The notes: generated by a model not told the origin, from the sequence alone. A stretch of DNA of 64,000 nucleotides from Armatimonadota bacterium (GCA_013359125.1 JABWCR010000004.1:84607-148606), one strand, 5' to 3'. Numbered from the stretch's first letter, positions 47,288 to 55,978 are shown. Made by a program: numbers and translations.

Positions 47288-48826
47288 ATGCGTTGCACGC
47301 TCGTTGCGCTGTTCGCGGTTATCGTCGTTTGCGCTGCTTTCTCCCAACCCTTCACTTATCAAGGCTCGTTGCGCGATGCTGGATTGCCAGCTTCAGGCGA
47401 GTACTCGATGACCTTTCGGCTCTTTGGCTCGCTAGCCGGGGCAGACCAGATCGGCGGCAATATTGTTCAGAACGTCTCGATCGCCGCAGGATTGTTTACA
47501 GCCGTACTCGACTTTGGCACGACAGCATTCAATGGGTCCGACCGGTGGCTAGAAGTTCAAGTGGGCGCTCAAGTCCTGTCGCCGCGCATTAAACTGAACG
47601 CTGTGCCCTATGCAGCGTATGCGCACAAACCGTGGGTGAAATCGGGTACTGCGGTTCATTATTCGGATGGGAACGTCGGGATTGGCACGTCTACGCCCGG
47701 TTTTCCGTTGACCTTTGCCAATCAACTGGGCGCCAAAATCTCGCTCTACGGCCAAAGCGGAAATAGTTACGGCTTTGGCGTTCAAAGCGCTCTTCTCCAG
47801 ATTCACACGAACGTGCAGGCAGCCGACATTGCGTTCGGGTACGGGTCGAGCGAAGCCTTTACTGAGAGAATGCGCGTGAAAGGCAATGGCAACGTAGGCA
47901 TTGGCACATCTACGCCGGTTTACAAGTTTGATGTTCTGGGCGGTGGCGGGGTTGCACGATTCAGCGACGGTACGAGGGATCTCGTTTCTTGGCTAGGCAG
48001 TTCTGAAGGCGCAGACGGAGCGTTCTTTGGAACGACTACCGCGCACTCTTTAATTCTTCAGAGCTCCAATACTGCCAGAGTAACGGTACTGCCGAATGGC
48101 GACGTTGGAATCGGCACAACGACCCCGATGGCCAAACTCGACTTGAGAGGTCCCGCCATTATCCAAGAGAGAATCGATGTGGTTGACGAGACTCTCTCTA
48201 CTAAAGTCATTTTGGGCGCGCCAGGCGGCGTCGGCAGGATCAATACTTATAACGCAAATGGAATTCACATGAACTACATTAGCACGAACGGCGCTACCAA
48301 CTTCCCCTTGATGGGCGTTTTGAACTCAGCTCAGACTGTCGTTGCGGGTGGAATATTGCGAGACAATGTGAGCGGCACCGTCGTGTTTGCGAACGTCAAA
48401 AACTTTGTCGAGCCCAATCAGAACGACCCGACAACCGACATTTGGTATGCGAGTCTGGAAGGTCCCGAAGCGGCCATGTACGTCCGTGGCAAGGGCCGGC
48501 TGGTCAATGGCGAGACAACGATTGTTCTTCCTGACCACTTTCTATCTATGATGTCGTCCGATACCTCGACCGTCCACTTGACGCCTCACTCGAGGAGTTC
48601 CAAGGGCCTTGGCTGTGAAATTGGTCCCAACGGCATCACGGTATTCGAACTGGCCGGCGGCAAAGGTGCATACGAGTTCTCGTGGACGGTAACTTCCGTT
48701 CGCAAGGGATTTGAGAACTATCGCGTCCTTCGACCATGGGACGAGATCGCGCCCGTAGAGACCGATCGCGAAAAGGCCTGGCAGGCTCGGCTGAAGGAGT
48801 TGGAGGAGAAAACAGACCGTAACTAA
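47288..48826 (+). CDS. secreted tail-fibre-like repeat protein (paralog 2)
   Basis: Same architecture as paralog 1. Signal peptide present. Repeats VGIGTSTPGFPLTF, VGIGTSTPVYKFDVLG, VGIGTTTPMAKLDLRG. C-terminal block TDIWYASLEGPEAAMYVRG...LPDHF. Confidence 0.6.
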   Translation: MRCTLVALFAVIVVCAAFSQPFTYQGSLRDAGLPASGEYSMTFRLFGSLAGADQIGGNIVQNVSIAAGLFTAVLDFGTTAFNGSDRWLEVQVGAQVLSPRIKLNAVPYAAYAHKPWVKSGTAVHYSDGNVGIGTSTPGFPLTFANQLGAKISLYGQSGNSYGFGVQSALLQIHTNVQAADIAFGYGSSEAFTERMRVKGNGNVGIGTSTPVYKFDVLGGGGVARFSDGTRDLVSWLGSSEGADGAFFGTTTAHSLILQSSNTARVTVLPNGDVGIGTTTPMAKLDLRGPAIIQERIDVVDETLSTKVILGAPGGVGRINTYNANGIHMNYISTNGATNFPLMGVLNSAQTVVAGGILRDNVSGTVVFANVKNFVEPNQNDPTTDIWYASLEGPEAAMYVRGKGRLVNGETTIVLPDHFLSMMSSDTSTVHLTPHSRSSKGLGCEIGPNGITVFELAGGKGAYEFSWTVTSVRKGFENYRVLRPWDEIAPVETDREKAWQARLKELEEKTDRN

Positions 48827-48852
48827 GGCTCAACTTCGGCGTCCATTATCAC

Positions 48853-49728
48853 ATGAGGCAGACTTGGGTCGCAATCGCGATTGCATTGTCGTCATGCGCC
48901 TTCGCGGATGGTTTGACTTGGCATGAAGGCATGCCCAAGGCGATACAGATCGCGAAGGCCGAAAACAAACCGATCTTGGCTTTAGACCTCTTCGGCCGTT
49001 GGGACGATGAGTTCTGCTGAACGAACGCGCGCACACTGAGAGCCGTGCTGTTCTCAAACCCAGAAGTTCAAGAGTTTCTCGAAAAAAACTTCGTGCTGAC
49101 ATGGAACGAGGTTCGCCCAGTGCCCAAGGTCGAGATCGATTTTGGAGACGGCAAGAAGCTAACGCGCACCTTGATGGGCAACACCGTGATCTATGTCTGC
49201 CGTCCGGACGGTACGGTGGTCGACGCATTGCCCGGCATCTACACCCCGCATGATTTTCTCAAAGAGATCAAGGTTTCTTTAGCTGCGCTTGCCGTCAGCG
49301 ATGAGAATCTGGCCGACCACCACAAAGGGCTTGTGGAAGCGGATGTAACCAAGGAGAGAGCGCGGGTTTCCATGTCAAAGGCGCGCGTGGAGAGTCCGCT
49401 TTTGGCCGCGCTCGGCGTTCCACAGTACGAAAGTCCGGATGGCGAATCTAAGCCAATGGCGCTGGATGTCAGCAAGATTCCTAAGAGCCGGGCAGAGATG
49501 GAAGCGATGGGAAGCGCCGAGCAGGTCGTCGCCAAGGATTCCTCCAACAACGTGCGCTACGTAAGGCCGATCGTGCACTTCATCTTAAGCCGGCAAAATG
49601 CGGCGCAGAAGCCAGAGCAGCTGCGCGAGACGATCTTTGCTCAGGCGCTCGGCTTCGACATCAAAGACCCCTACCTAGGGCTAGCGTCCTTGCTGTTGCC
49701 CGGCACGCCTGGCGGTCGAACGAACTAA
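48853..49728 (+). CDS. thioredoxin-fold lipoprotein-like gene interrupted by an in-frame TGA (49018-49020): selenocysteine candidate or pseudogene
   Basis: The ATG at 48853 gives MRQTWVAIAIALSSCAFADGLTWHEGMPKAIQIAKAENKPILALDLFGRWDDEFC-TGA-TNARTLRAVLFSNPEVQEFLEKNFVLTWNEV... The same frame continues into track ORF 49045..49728. An LSSC lipobox-like signal is present. The TGA sits where Thioredoxin_7-type proteins carry their redox Cys. Confidence 0.5.
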
Positions 49729-49756
49729 CAGCCCAAGCCAAAGTTCTCAAGCACGA
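49711..49756. repeat. 46-bp exact repeat, copy 1 (the 3' end of a GC-dockerin gene plus 14 nt of flank)
   Basis: GGCGGTCGAACGAACTAACAGCCCAAGCCAAAGTTCTCAAGCACGA is identical to 51841-51886. Confidence 0.9.
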
Positions 49757-50555
49757 TGGCCAGATCTTGGTCGTCTACGATGCCGTCTTCGTTGACATCG
49801 GCAAAGGGATTGACGCCTCCGAACGCTTCTAAGACCAGCGCTAAGTCCTGGTCGTCCACGCAGCCATCGCTGTTCGTATCGCCGTCTGGCACGATTGGGA
49901 AGAAGTGGAAGCTGTCGTACCCAATGTTGCAGTCGGGGAAAACGTTATTGCCATCGCTCTCCGTAATCTCGATGCGCTTGATATTCTCCGTTGCCGACAC
50001 GATGCCCCAGAAGTCGGCGGCTCCGGGAGCGCCGCCTCCGCCCCCAGCGTTGTGCACGGGTATAGCGCCGTTGAACAATTGTGAGCCGGTGGACGAGACA
50101 ACTCGGATCGTGGATCCGCTCACGCCATCGGCGGATTGCGAAAGATGGTCGAATCCAAACGCTCGCACTGGGTTTCGGAACTCGATAGTCATGCTGTCGT
50201 GCTCGATCGGCGGATTCGAGCCCGGCCCAAGCTCCAGACCTCCTGGCGAAACGACCATCTCGCCAGAAGTCGGGAACAGCCTATTCGTGCTCGCGTCCCG
50301 AACGCCAGAAAAGCCGCCGGGCGTAAAGGTGTCGTTGCCTCGAACGACGTGCAAGAGCGCCGCCACCGCGATGAATCGCACCCCTTTGTACGACAAGCCT
50401 GACAAGTCTACGCCATGCAGGGTCTCAAAGTCGATGGTCATAGGCGGATTGCCCGCCGCAGCCATGAAGCCCGCTTTGTTCTGCGGAAACGTCTGAATTT
50501 GCGCCAATGCGCTCAAGGCAAATGTCGCTATTGCTAAAGTCGCGGAAATCTTCAC
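49725..50555 (-). CDS. secreted protein with a C-terminal GC-terminated dockerin-like module
   Basis: GTG start after GGAGGAA. Signal peptide MKISATLAIATFALSALAQ. The C-terminus is DGDTNSDGCVDDQDLALVLEAFGGVNPFADVNEDGIVDDQDLAIVLENFGLGC-stop. Confidence 0.7.
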   Translation of the reverse strand: MKISATLAIATFALSALAQIQTFPQNKAGFMAAAGNPPMTIDFETLHGVDLSGLSYKGVRFIAVAALLHVVRGNDTFTPGGFSGVRDASTNRLFPTSGEMVVSPGGLELGPGSNPPIEHDSMTIEFRNPVRAFGFDHLSQSADGVSGSTIRVVSSTGSQLFNGAIPVHNAGGGGGAPGAADFWGIVSATENIKRIEITESDGNNVFPDCNIGYDSFHFFPIVPDGDTNSDGCVDDQDLALVLEAFGGVNPFADVNEDGIVDDQDLAIVLENFGLGC

Positions 50556-50739
50556 CGGTTCCTCCTGAATGGGCGAAGCATAAACCCATTGTCTATTTTG
50601 CTACATCCACGCGCCGCCTACATTCACTATATTGTACAGTCGGTTTTGCCGAAGTTCGCGACCGCCGCATCTGAACTGAGATACAATTAGACGAATAGAG
50701 CCGAGATAAGTCTTTGAGACGGCATCTGGAGGCCAGACA

Positions 50740-51822
50740 ATGTTGCGATTTTTGAGGCTCGCAGTCGTGTTGCACTTTAGCCTGTGCTTTGCAGGCGCGG
50801 TTCTTGCTCAGGGCCTGCCGCCCATCGTTTGGGAAGGATTCCAGTCCCAAGACATCAATGCGATCGCTTTCTCGCCCGACGGCGCCCTCTTGGCTACCGC
50901 CAGTGCGGACAGAACCGCACATCTGTGGCGAGTGGAGGACGGCACAACTCTGCACAACCTCAGCGGACATTCGGGCGAAGTTCGCTCCGTCGCCTTCTCG
51001 CCGGACGGCCAACTGCTGGCCACCTCGGCCGATGACAACACCGTCCGAATCTGGCGCGTCTCGGACGGAAGTCTCAGTAGGATGTTTACGCAGCACAACG
51101 CGGGAGTCGCCTGTGTAACGTTCTCGCCCAATGGTGTTCATTTGGCCTCGGGCGACTATAGCGGCCGGGTCATCGTTTGGAACGTCTCCGACGGTTCGAT
51201 CGTTCGATCGATATCGAACCTCGACATCGTCGTACAGCTTGCCTTTACCTTGTCTGGCGGCGAGCTCGTAGTCGCGTCGAGCCAGTGGGACGGTTTCAAC
51301 GCCTATGGCAGGTTGCGATGGATCGCAACGGAGACGGGCGCCATTGTTCGGACGATCGCTGCCGGTTCCCCTATCACTTCTCTGGCCGTCTCGCCAGACG
51401 GACTTGCGTTGGCAACCATCCATGGCGCGTGCTTCGACTGTCTGCGAGGCGAAATCAAGATGTGGCGAGCCACCGACGGTCAACGGATCCGTATGTCCGT
51501 TAAGCGTCCGGACACGATCGGCGGACCTTTTGAGCCGTGGCTTCAAGACACGACGGAAACGCAAGCAGAGTTTGTCGCAGCGTCCGGCCACGTTTATGCG
51601 TTCTATAGTCTTGCTCGGGACAATGCCGGCAACCGCCAACTCTTGCCGGGAGACCCCAGAGCCGACGTAAACCGCGATGGCTGCGTGGACGACGTTGACT
51701 TGGCGATCGTGCTGGGGGACTTTGGCCAGGCCGGAAACCGCGACGCGGACGTTAACCTGGACGGCATAGTGGACGACACCGACCTCGCCATCGTGCTAAT
51801 AAACTTCGGCAGCGGATGCTGA
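50740..51822 (+). CDS. secreted WD40 beta-propeller protein with a C-terminal GC-terminated dockerin-like module
   Basis: Signal peptide present. WD repeats (AFSPDGALLATASADRTAHLWRV, VAFSPDGQLLATSADDNTVRIWRV, VTFSPNGVHLASGDYSGRVIVWNV ...). The C-terminus is ADVNRDGCVDDVDLAIVLGDFGQAGNRDADVNLDGIVDDTDLAIVLINFGSGC-stop. Confidence 0.8.
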   Translation: MLRFLRLAVVLHFSLCFAGAVLAQGLPPIVWEGFQSQDINAIAFSPDGALLATASADRTAHLWRVEDGTTLHNLSGHSGEVRSVAFSPDGQLLATSADDNTVRIWRVSDGSLSRMFTQHNAGVACVTFSPNGVHLASGDYSGRVIVWNVSDGSIVRSISNLDIVVQLAFTLSGGELVVASSQWDGFNAYGRLRWIATETGAIVRTIAAGSPITSLAVSPDGLALATIHGACFDCLRGEIKMWRATDGQRIRMSVKRPDTIGGPFEPWLQDTTETQAEFVAASGHVYAFYSLARDNAGNRQLLPGDPRADVNRDGCVDDVDLAIVLGDFGQAGNRDADVNLDGIVDDTDLAIVLINFGSGC

Positions 51823-51840
51823 GCGGATACAGGATAGGCG

Positions 51841-51886
51841 GGCGGTCGAACGAACTAACAGCCCAAGCCAAAGTTCTCAAGCACGA
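51841..51886. repeat. 46-bp exact repeat, copy 2
   Basis: Identical to 49711-49756. It covers the last 10 codons plus the stop of gene 51855..55883 and 14 nt of its 3' flank. Confidence 0.9.
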
Positions 51887-54800
51887 GCGCAAGATCGGTG
51901 TCGTCCACTGCGCCGTCGTTGTTCAGGTCTTCTGGCAGTCCCGAACCGGTCTGACCAAATGCGGTCAGCACCAATGCGAGATCAACGTCGTCCACGCATC
52001 CGTCCAAGTTCACATCGCCGGGGATCCGAATGATCACGGGCGTGCAACGGCTGAACTCCGATGTCTCGAAGAACAGGAAGTTGACCGGGAGAAAATGGCG
52101 TCGACTCGCGGTCGTCGTTATGAGCGAGCCAACCGGCGCCAAGCCCGGATCGACATCCACACTGAAGCTGAGGATGCCGTTCGCGTCGGTCAGATCTTCT
52201 AAAATTGCCAGAGGCTGTCGTCCTTCGCCGTGGTTGCCGGGGTCGCACTGCACGTTCGAATAAAAGTAGATCGCATACCCTGTTTCAGGCAGCGCAGTCA
52301 ACCTGCCGGAAATGACTGTATCCGTGCCTGTGAAAATCGCGGAAAGAACGACAGGGAAGTTGACGATGTTGTCTTCCGGCGGATCGTCGTTGGGCGTAAC
52401 GCCATCGTCGCCAACGTCGATGCCGAGGTCGTCGTTGTTGTAAATGCGATTGCCAATGATGCCGTTGATGCGATTGTTCAGCGGTCTGGTTACGCCGTTG
52501 CGGTTGTTGAAAGCAATGCGGTTCCAGTGCGTCGAAAATACGCCGCCGACTGTGTTGTACTCGCTTATGCCACGGAATCGAACGCCGTTGAGGCCGTTTC
52601 CCAGGTCCATCGTGCCCGTGATGTCGGTGCCAATGCTGTTCAGAACCACGGCATTGCCTCCAGAGTTCTGGATTCCTTCAATGTCGCCCGTAATCTCAAT
52701 ACCGTCGAGCGTGTTTCCACTAATCACGTTGCCGCCATCAAACTGCGCGACCCCGACCGAATTGCCAGAGGAGTTGTCGATGCGAACGCCGACAAGATTA
52801 GGCATTGCGGCATTGCCAGAAATGTTGACGCCAATGTGATTGTTTCGAACCACATGGCCGCCGCCGCCCGTGATCAATACCCCGATGCCCGAATGGTTAG
52901 AGACGATATTGCGTCCCGTAACGCCTGCTCCTCCAATTTCAGACGCTCGGCTATCCTTGAGAAAGATGCCGTTCGTGGCGTTTGGAGCCGGGTCGCCGGC
53001 CTTGTTCAAGCCGATGTAATTGCCCATGATCTTGTTGCGAAGCGCCTGCGCGCCTTCGATCAGTACGCCTGACCGACCATTATTGGCAATGATGTTGCGC
53101 TCGCCGGTCTGTCCGGGCGAAACCAGACTGTCCGGCGCGTTAATGATGGCAATACCGTCAAATCCGTTGGGCCGGGAATCGACGCCGTTCGCGCCCGTCC
53201 CAACGACGTTGCCCGCAACTTGGTTGAATCCGGCGCCGTTGCCTGTAATCAAGACGCCGTACTGCTGATTGCCCGAGACGACATTGCCAGGCGGCGTTCC
53301 CGGATCGTTCGTCGATGCGCCAATAAAGTTATTAGGCGCGCCTGTAATGACTACCCCGCTCAAGTTGGCCAAGCGCGTCTGCCCATCGATCGCCACGCCG
53401 ATATAGTTGCCCAATATCTGGTTTCCCGTCGCCTGAGCGCCGTTGATCGCAACGCCATGTCCAAAATTATTGCTAAGGATGTTTCTGGCATCTGCGCCGT
53501 TACCGCCGATGATGTTGTTGGGCGCATTGGTGATCTGGATCGCATTCCCCGTATTGGGCGCGCCGTTGATTCCATCGGCCACCACTCCGATGCGATTGCC
53601 CTCAACCCGATTGCCCGAGGCGCGATTGCCCGTAATCTCAACCCCATGCGCATTCATTCCGATCACATTCATTGCGCCTTCGACCGTGCCGCCCACAATG
53701 TTGTTTGCAGCATGCTCCAAGCGAACTCCGTTTCCGATATTACGGCCCAAGAACGATCCATCCGCGTTGGTGCCGATATGGTTGCCCTGAATCTGGTTGC
53801 CCGTCGCCGGTCCAAAGCCTTGGATGAAGACGCCGTGCACGCCGTTGCCGACGACCAAATTTCGAGCAGCTGGGACTGTGCCTCCTAGGGTGTTGTTCAA
53901 GGCATCGGCCATAAACACGCCGGAGAACCCGGCGCCCATCCGCTGCGATTCGTCTCGATTGCTGCCCAATAAGTTGCCCTGCACAAGGTTGCTGGCGCCG
54001 TTCAAGATTCGCACGCTGTTGAACTCGCTGCCCGCAACAACGTTTCGAGCCCCTTCGGCCAGCCCGCCAACCGTGTTGTTTCTTGCCGTCGCCCCGACGA
54101 TAACGACCCCGATGGTGTTGCCCAGATCATCGGCGTTGCCAGGGACGCCGTCTGGGTTCGATACCATGCCCGTAGCATCCAAACCCAGATAGTTGCCTTG
54201 CACTCGGTTATTCTCGACCGTTCTGAAGCCGCCGTCCAGCATGACTCCCGCGTTGCCGTTGTCGGCGATCACGTTGCGAGCGGCTCCGGCCAATCCGCCG
54301 ATAACATTGTTCGAACCCAGCACAACGATGCCGCCCAAGCCTTCAGTCGCACGGCCATTGCCCTTAGCGCCCGAACCGAATCGGTCTATGCCAACGTAGT
54401 TGCCCTCCACAAAAGAGTGCGAGCCGCTCAGAGTAAGCCCGGTGCGGTTGAAATTGGTTATGATCAGGCCGCGGACAACGCTGTCGGAAGGTACCGTGAG
54501 GCCGTTCCCCAAGCCCGATACAAAGTGTCCATCGATCTCGATAATGGGCGTGTTCTCGCCGCCAGGTTGAGTCGAACCGTCTATGAAAACCGGCCTAACA
54601 ATATCCGGCAAGTTGGTAAACGGTTCGTACGTAAGGCCGCCCGTTACGGCAAAGTTAATCGCGTGCGAACCGGCTAGCGCATTGATCTGCATGATGGCCG
54701 CCCGGAGTGTGCAGACGCCGGTGAATCCTGACGTGGCATTGCCCGTATCGCAAATGCCGTCGGTTATATCGCCGTCCGGCAAGTCCAGCAGAAGGTTGAC

Positions 54801-55883
54801 CGTAAACGTCGCCATCGTTCGCATACCCATCGATAGGGCCGCCACGCCAGTAGATGTCAACCCTGCGATATCGGTGAACGCGGTCGGATTCAGGCGCATC
54901 GGCAAGGCCGCGCGCAGGCCAAGCTCAAAAAGAACGTCCTCAATGACGACCTTCCCATCGTCTGCGCGAGCGACGACGATCTCTCCTGTCTCAAAATTGC
55001 AAACTACAAGGTCGTCATACTCGTTCGCGGTGATCCGTGCGCGAAAAGCGATCGACCGGTCGCCAGAGAAGGGAACTCGGCCTTTAGCGGCGATCGATCC
55101 GTCGGGCTCGACTACCCGAACATCGCCTGTAACCGAAACGGTCGCGATTTGATAATCTCCGCCGTTGGCAAAGCGCCCTGGAGCCATCGCTGTCAGCGGC
55201 ATGTTTAGGACAAGTTTGCTTTGGGCAGGCAATACGCCCGACTTTCCTCCGTGCGAAAGCATCCGATCCCGGCCAAAGACGACGAACAGCCCCTCATCGG
55301 TCGCGCAGGCGATATCGATCCAGGGTTTGTCGTCAAACTGAGCAGGCGCGATTGCGTTAATTCTTCCCGGAGCTCGGACTCTCTCTGCAATCGCTCTCAT
55401 CGCGCCTTCGGGCCCTTCATAGACATAAAGTTCAAAGGACTGGCCTAAGTCGATTCCGATCAGCAGGTCAGCCAAACTGTCGCGGCGGTTCGCATCGCCG
55501 GAGGCTAAAGCCGTGATCGTGCCCGACAACAGACTCCTCTGTGAGATCGCGAAGGCTCCTCCACCATTGCCGGACAACCACAACAACTCCGATCCCTTTC
55601 CGCAGACAATGTCCGTCCTTCCGTCGGCGTCAAAGTCGCCCGATGCAACGAGCTCCGGCGCAAACGGCAGGGCAGTGTCGACCGTGTGCGGCAAGAACGG
55701 ATCGCTGCCGCCGCCTAAGTGCGGGAAGATCGCGCCCGGGTTCCCCAATTGAACGCGAACGGATGCGCCATGAACGAAAGCAACGTCTTGAATCCCGTCG
55801 CCGTTGAAGTCAGCCGAGGCCATTTGTTGGCTATAGGCGGGCAGAAAGTAGAGAGAGAGTAGTATGCATATCGAGAGTTTCAT
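51855..55883 (-). CDS. giant secreted FG-GAP/VCBS + parallel beta-helix repeat protein with a C-terminal GC-terminated dockerin-like module
   Basis: 1342 aa. Signal peptide present. N-terminal FG-GAP-like units (DFNGDGIQDVAF, GDFDADGRTDIV). More than 20 PbH1-type coils (GARNxIxxNxxxGVxIxG...GNxIxGNxIG). The C-terminus is GDVNLDGCVDDVDLALVLTAFGQTGSGLPEDLNNDGAVDDTDLALVLENFGLGC-stop. Confidence 0.8.
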   Translation of the reverse strand: MKLSICILLSLYFLPAYSQQMASADFNGDGIQDVAFVHGASVRVQLGNPGAIFPHLGGGSDPFLPHTVDTALPFAPELVASGDFDADGRTDIVCGKGSELLWLSGNGGGAFAISQRSLLSGTITALASGDANRRDSLADLLIGIDLGQSFELYVYEGPEGAMRAIAERVRAPGRINAIAPAQFDDKPWIDIACATDEGLFVVFGRDRMLSHGGKSGVLPAQSKLVLNMPLTAMAPGRFANGGDYQIATVSVTGDVRVVEPDGSIAAKGRVPFSGDRSIAFRARITANEYDDLVVCNFETGEIVVARADDGKVVIEDVLFELGLRAALPMRLNPTAFTDIAGLTSTGVAALSMGMRTMATFTVNLLLDLPDGDITDGICDTGNATSGFTGVCTLRAAIMQINALAGSHAINFAVTGGLTYEPFTNLPDIVRPVFIDGSTQPGGENTPIIEIDGHFVSGLGNGLTVPSDSVVRGLIITNFNRTGLTLSGSHSFVEGNYVGIDRFGSGAKGNGRATEGLGGIVVLGSNNVIGGLAGAARNVIADNGNAGVMLDGGFRTVENNRVQGNYLGLDATGMVSNPDGVPGNADDLGNTIGVVIVGATARNNTVGGLAEGARNVVAGSEFNSVRILNGASNLVQGNLLGSNRDESQRMGAGFSGVFMADALNNTLGGTVPAARNLVVGNGVHGVFIQGFGPATGNQIQGNHIGTNADGSFLGRNIGNGVRLEHAANNIVGGTVEGAMNVIGMNAHGVEITGNRASGNRVEGNRIGVVADGINGAPNTGNAIQITNAPNNIIGGNGADARNILSNNFGHGVAINGAQATGNQILGNYIGVAIDGQTRLANLSGVVITGAPNNFIGASTNDPGTPPGNVVSGNQQYGVLITGNGAGFNQVAGNVVGTGANGVDSRPNGFDGIAIINAPDSLVSPGQTGERNIIANNGRSGVLIEGAQALRNKIMGNYIGLNKAGDPAPNATNGIFLKDSRASEIGGAGVTGRNIVSNHSGIGVLITGGGGHVVRNNHIGVNISGNAAMPNLVGVRIDNSSGNSVGVAQFDGGNVISGNTLDGIEITGDIEGIQNSGGNAVVLNSIGTDITGTMDLGNGLNGVRFRGISEYNTVGGVFSTHWNRIAFNNRNGVTRPLNNRINGIIGNRIYNNDDLGIDVGDDGVTPNDDPPEDNIVNFPVVLSAIFTGTDTVISGRLTALPETGYAIYFYSNVQCDPGNHGEGRQPLAILEDLTDANGILSFSVDVDPGLAPVGSLITTTASRRHFLPVNFLFFETSEFSRCTPVIIRIPGDVNLDGCVDDVDLALVLTAFGQTGSGLPEDLNNDGAVDDTDLALVLENFGLGC

Positions 55884-55935
55884 GTCGAGCCCTCCCGGTT
55901 CGTTTCATAGATTGTACAACAGATTTAAGCCGATT

Positions 55936-55969
55936 GAAGAAACCCCTCGCCCGATGCAAGAGCGAGGGG
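55936..55969 (-). terminator. rho-independent terminator of PEP-CTERM gene 55979..56833
   Basis: On the minus strand: CCCCTCGC, an 11-nt loop, GCGAGGGG, then TTTCTTC. Confidence 0.7.
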
Positions 55970-55978
55970 ATGGCGAGT

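Noticed and set aside
49023-49053. Confident SECIS call downstream of the in-frame TGA
   Set aside because: A hairpin can be drawn, but it needs a bulge and two G-U pairs, and it lacks a clearly canonical apical loop. I keep it only as weak supporting evidence inside the TGA finding, not as a feature.
48830-49228. 132-aa minus-strand ORF (and 48849..49034) over the thioredoxin-like locus
   Set aside because: The sequence is Arg/Ser/Pro-rich shadow. The plus-strand frame carries a lipoprotein-type signal and thioredoxin-fold similarity.
50593-51639. 348-aa minus-strand ORF opposite the WD40 gene
   Set aside because: It is Arg/Gly/Ser-rich with no motifs, and it fully overlaps a plus-strand gene that has clear WD40 repeats, a signal peptide and the conserved C-terminal tag. 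This is a typical antisense shadow ORF in GC-rich DNA.
52300-54700. Possible CRISPR or tandem DNA repeat array suggested by the periodic sequence
   Set aside because: The periodicity is at protein level (beta-helix coils within one long ORF). The DNA copies are diverged, and there are no identical direct repeats with unique spacers. No CRISPR array is seen anywhere in the window.
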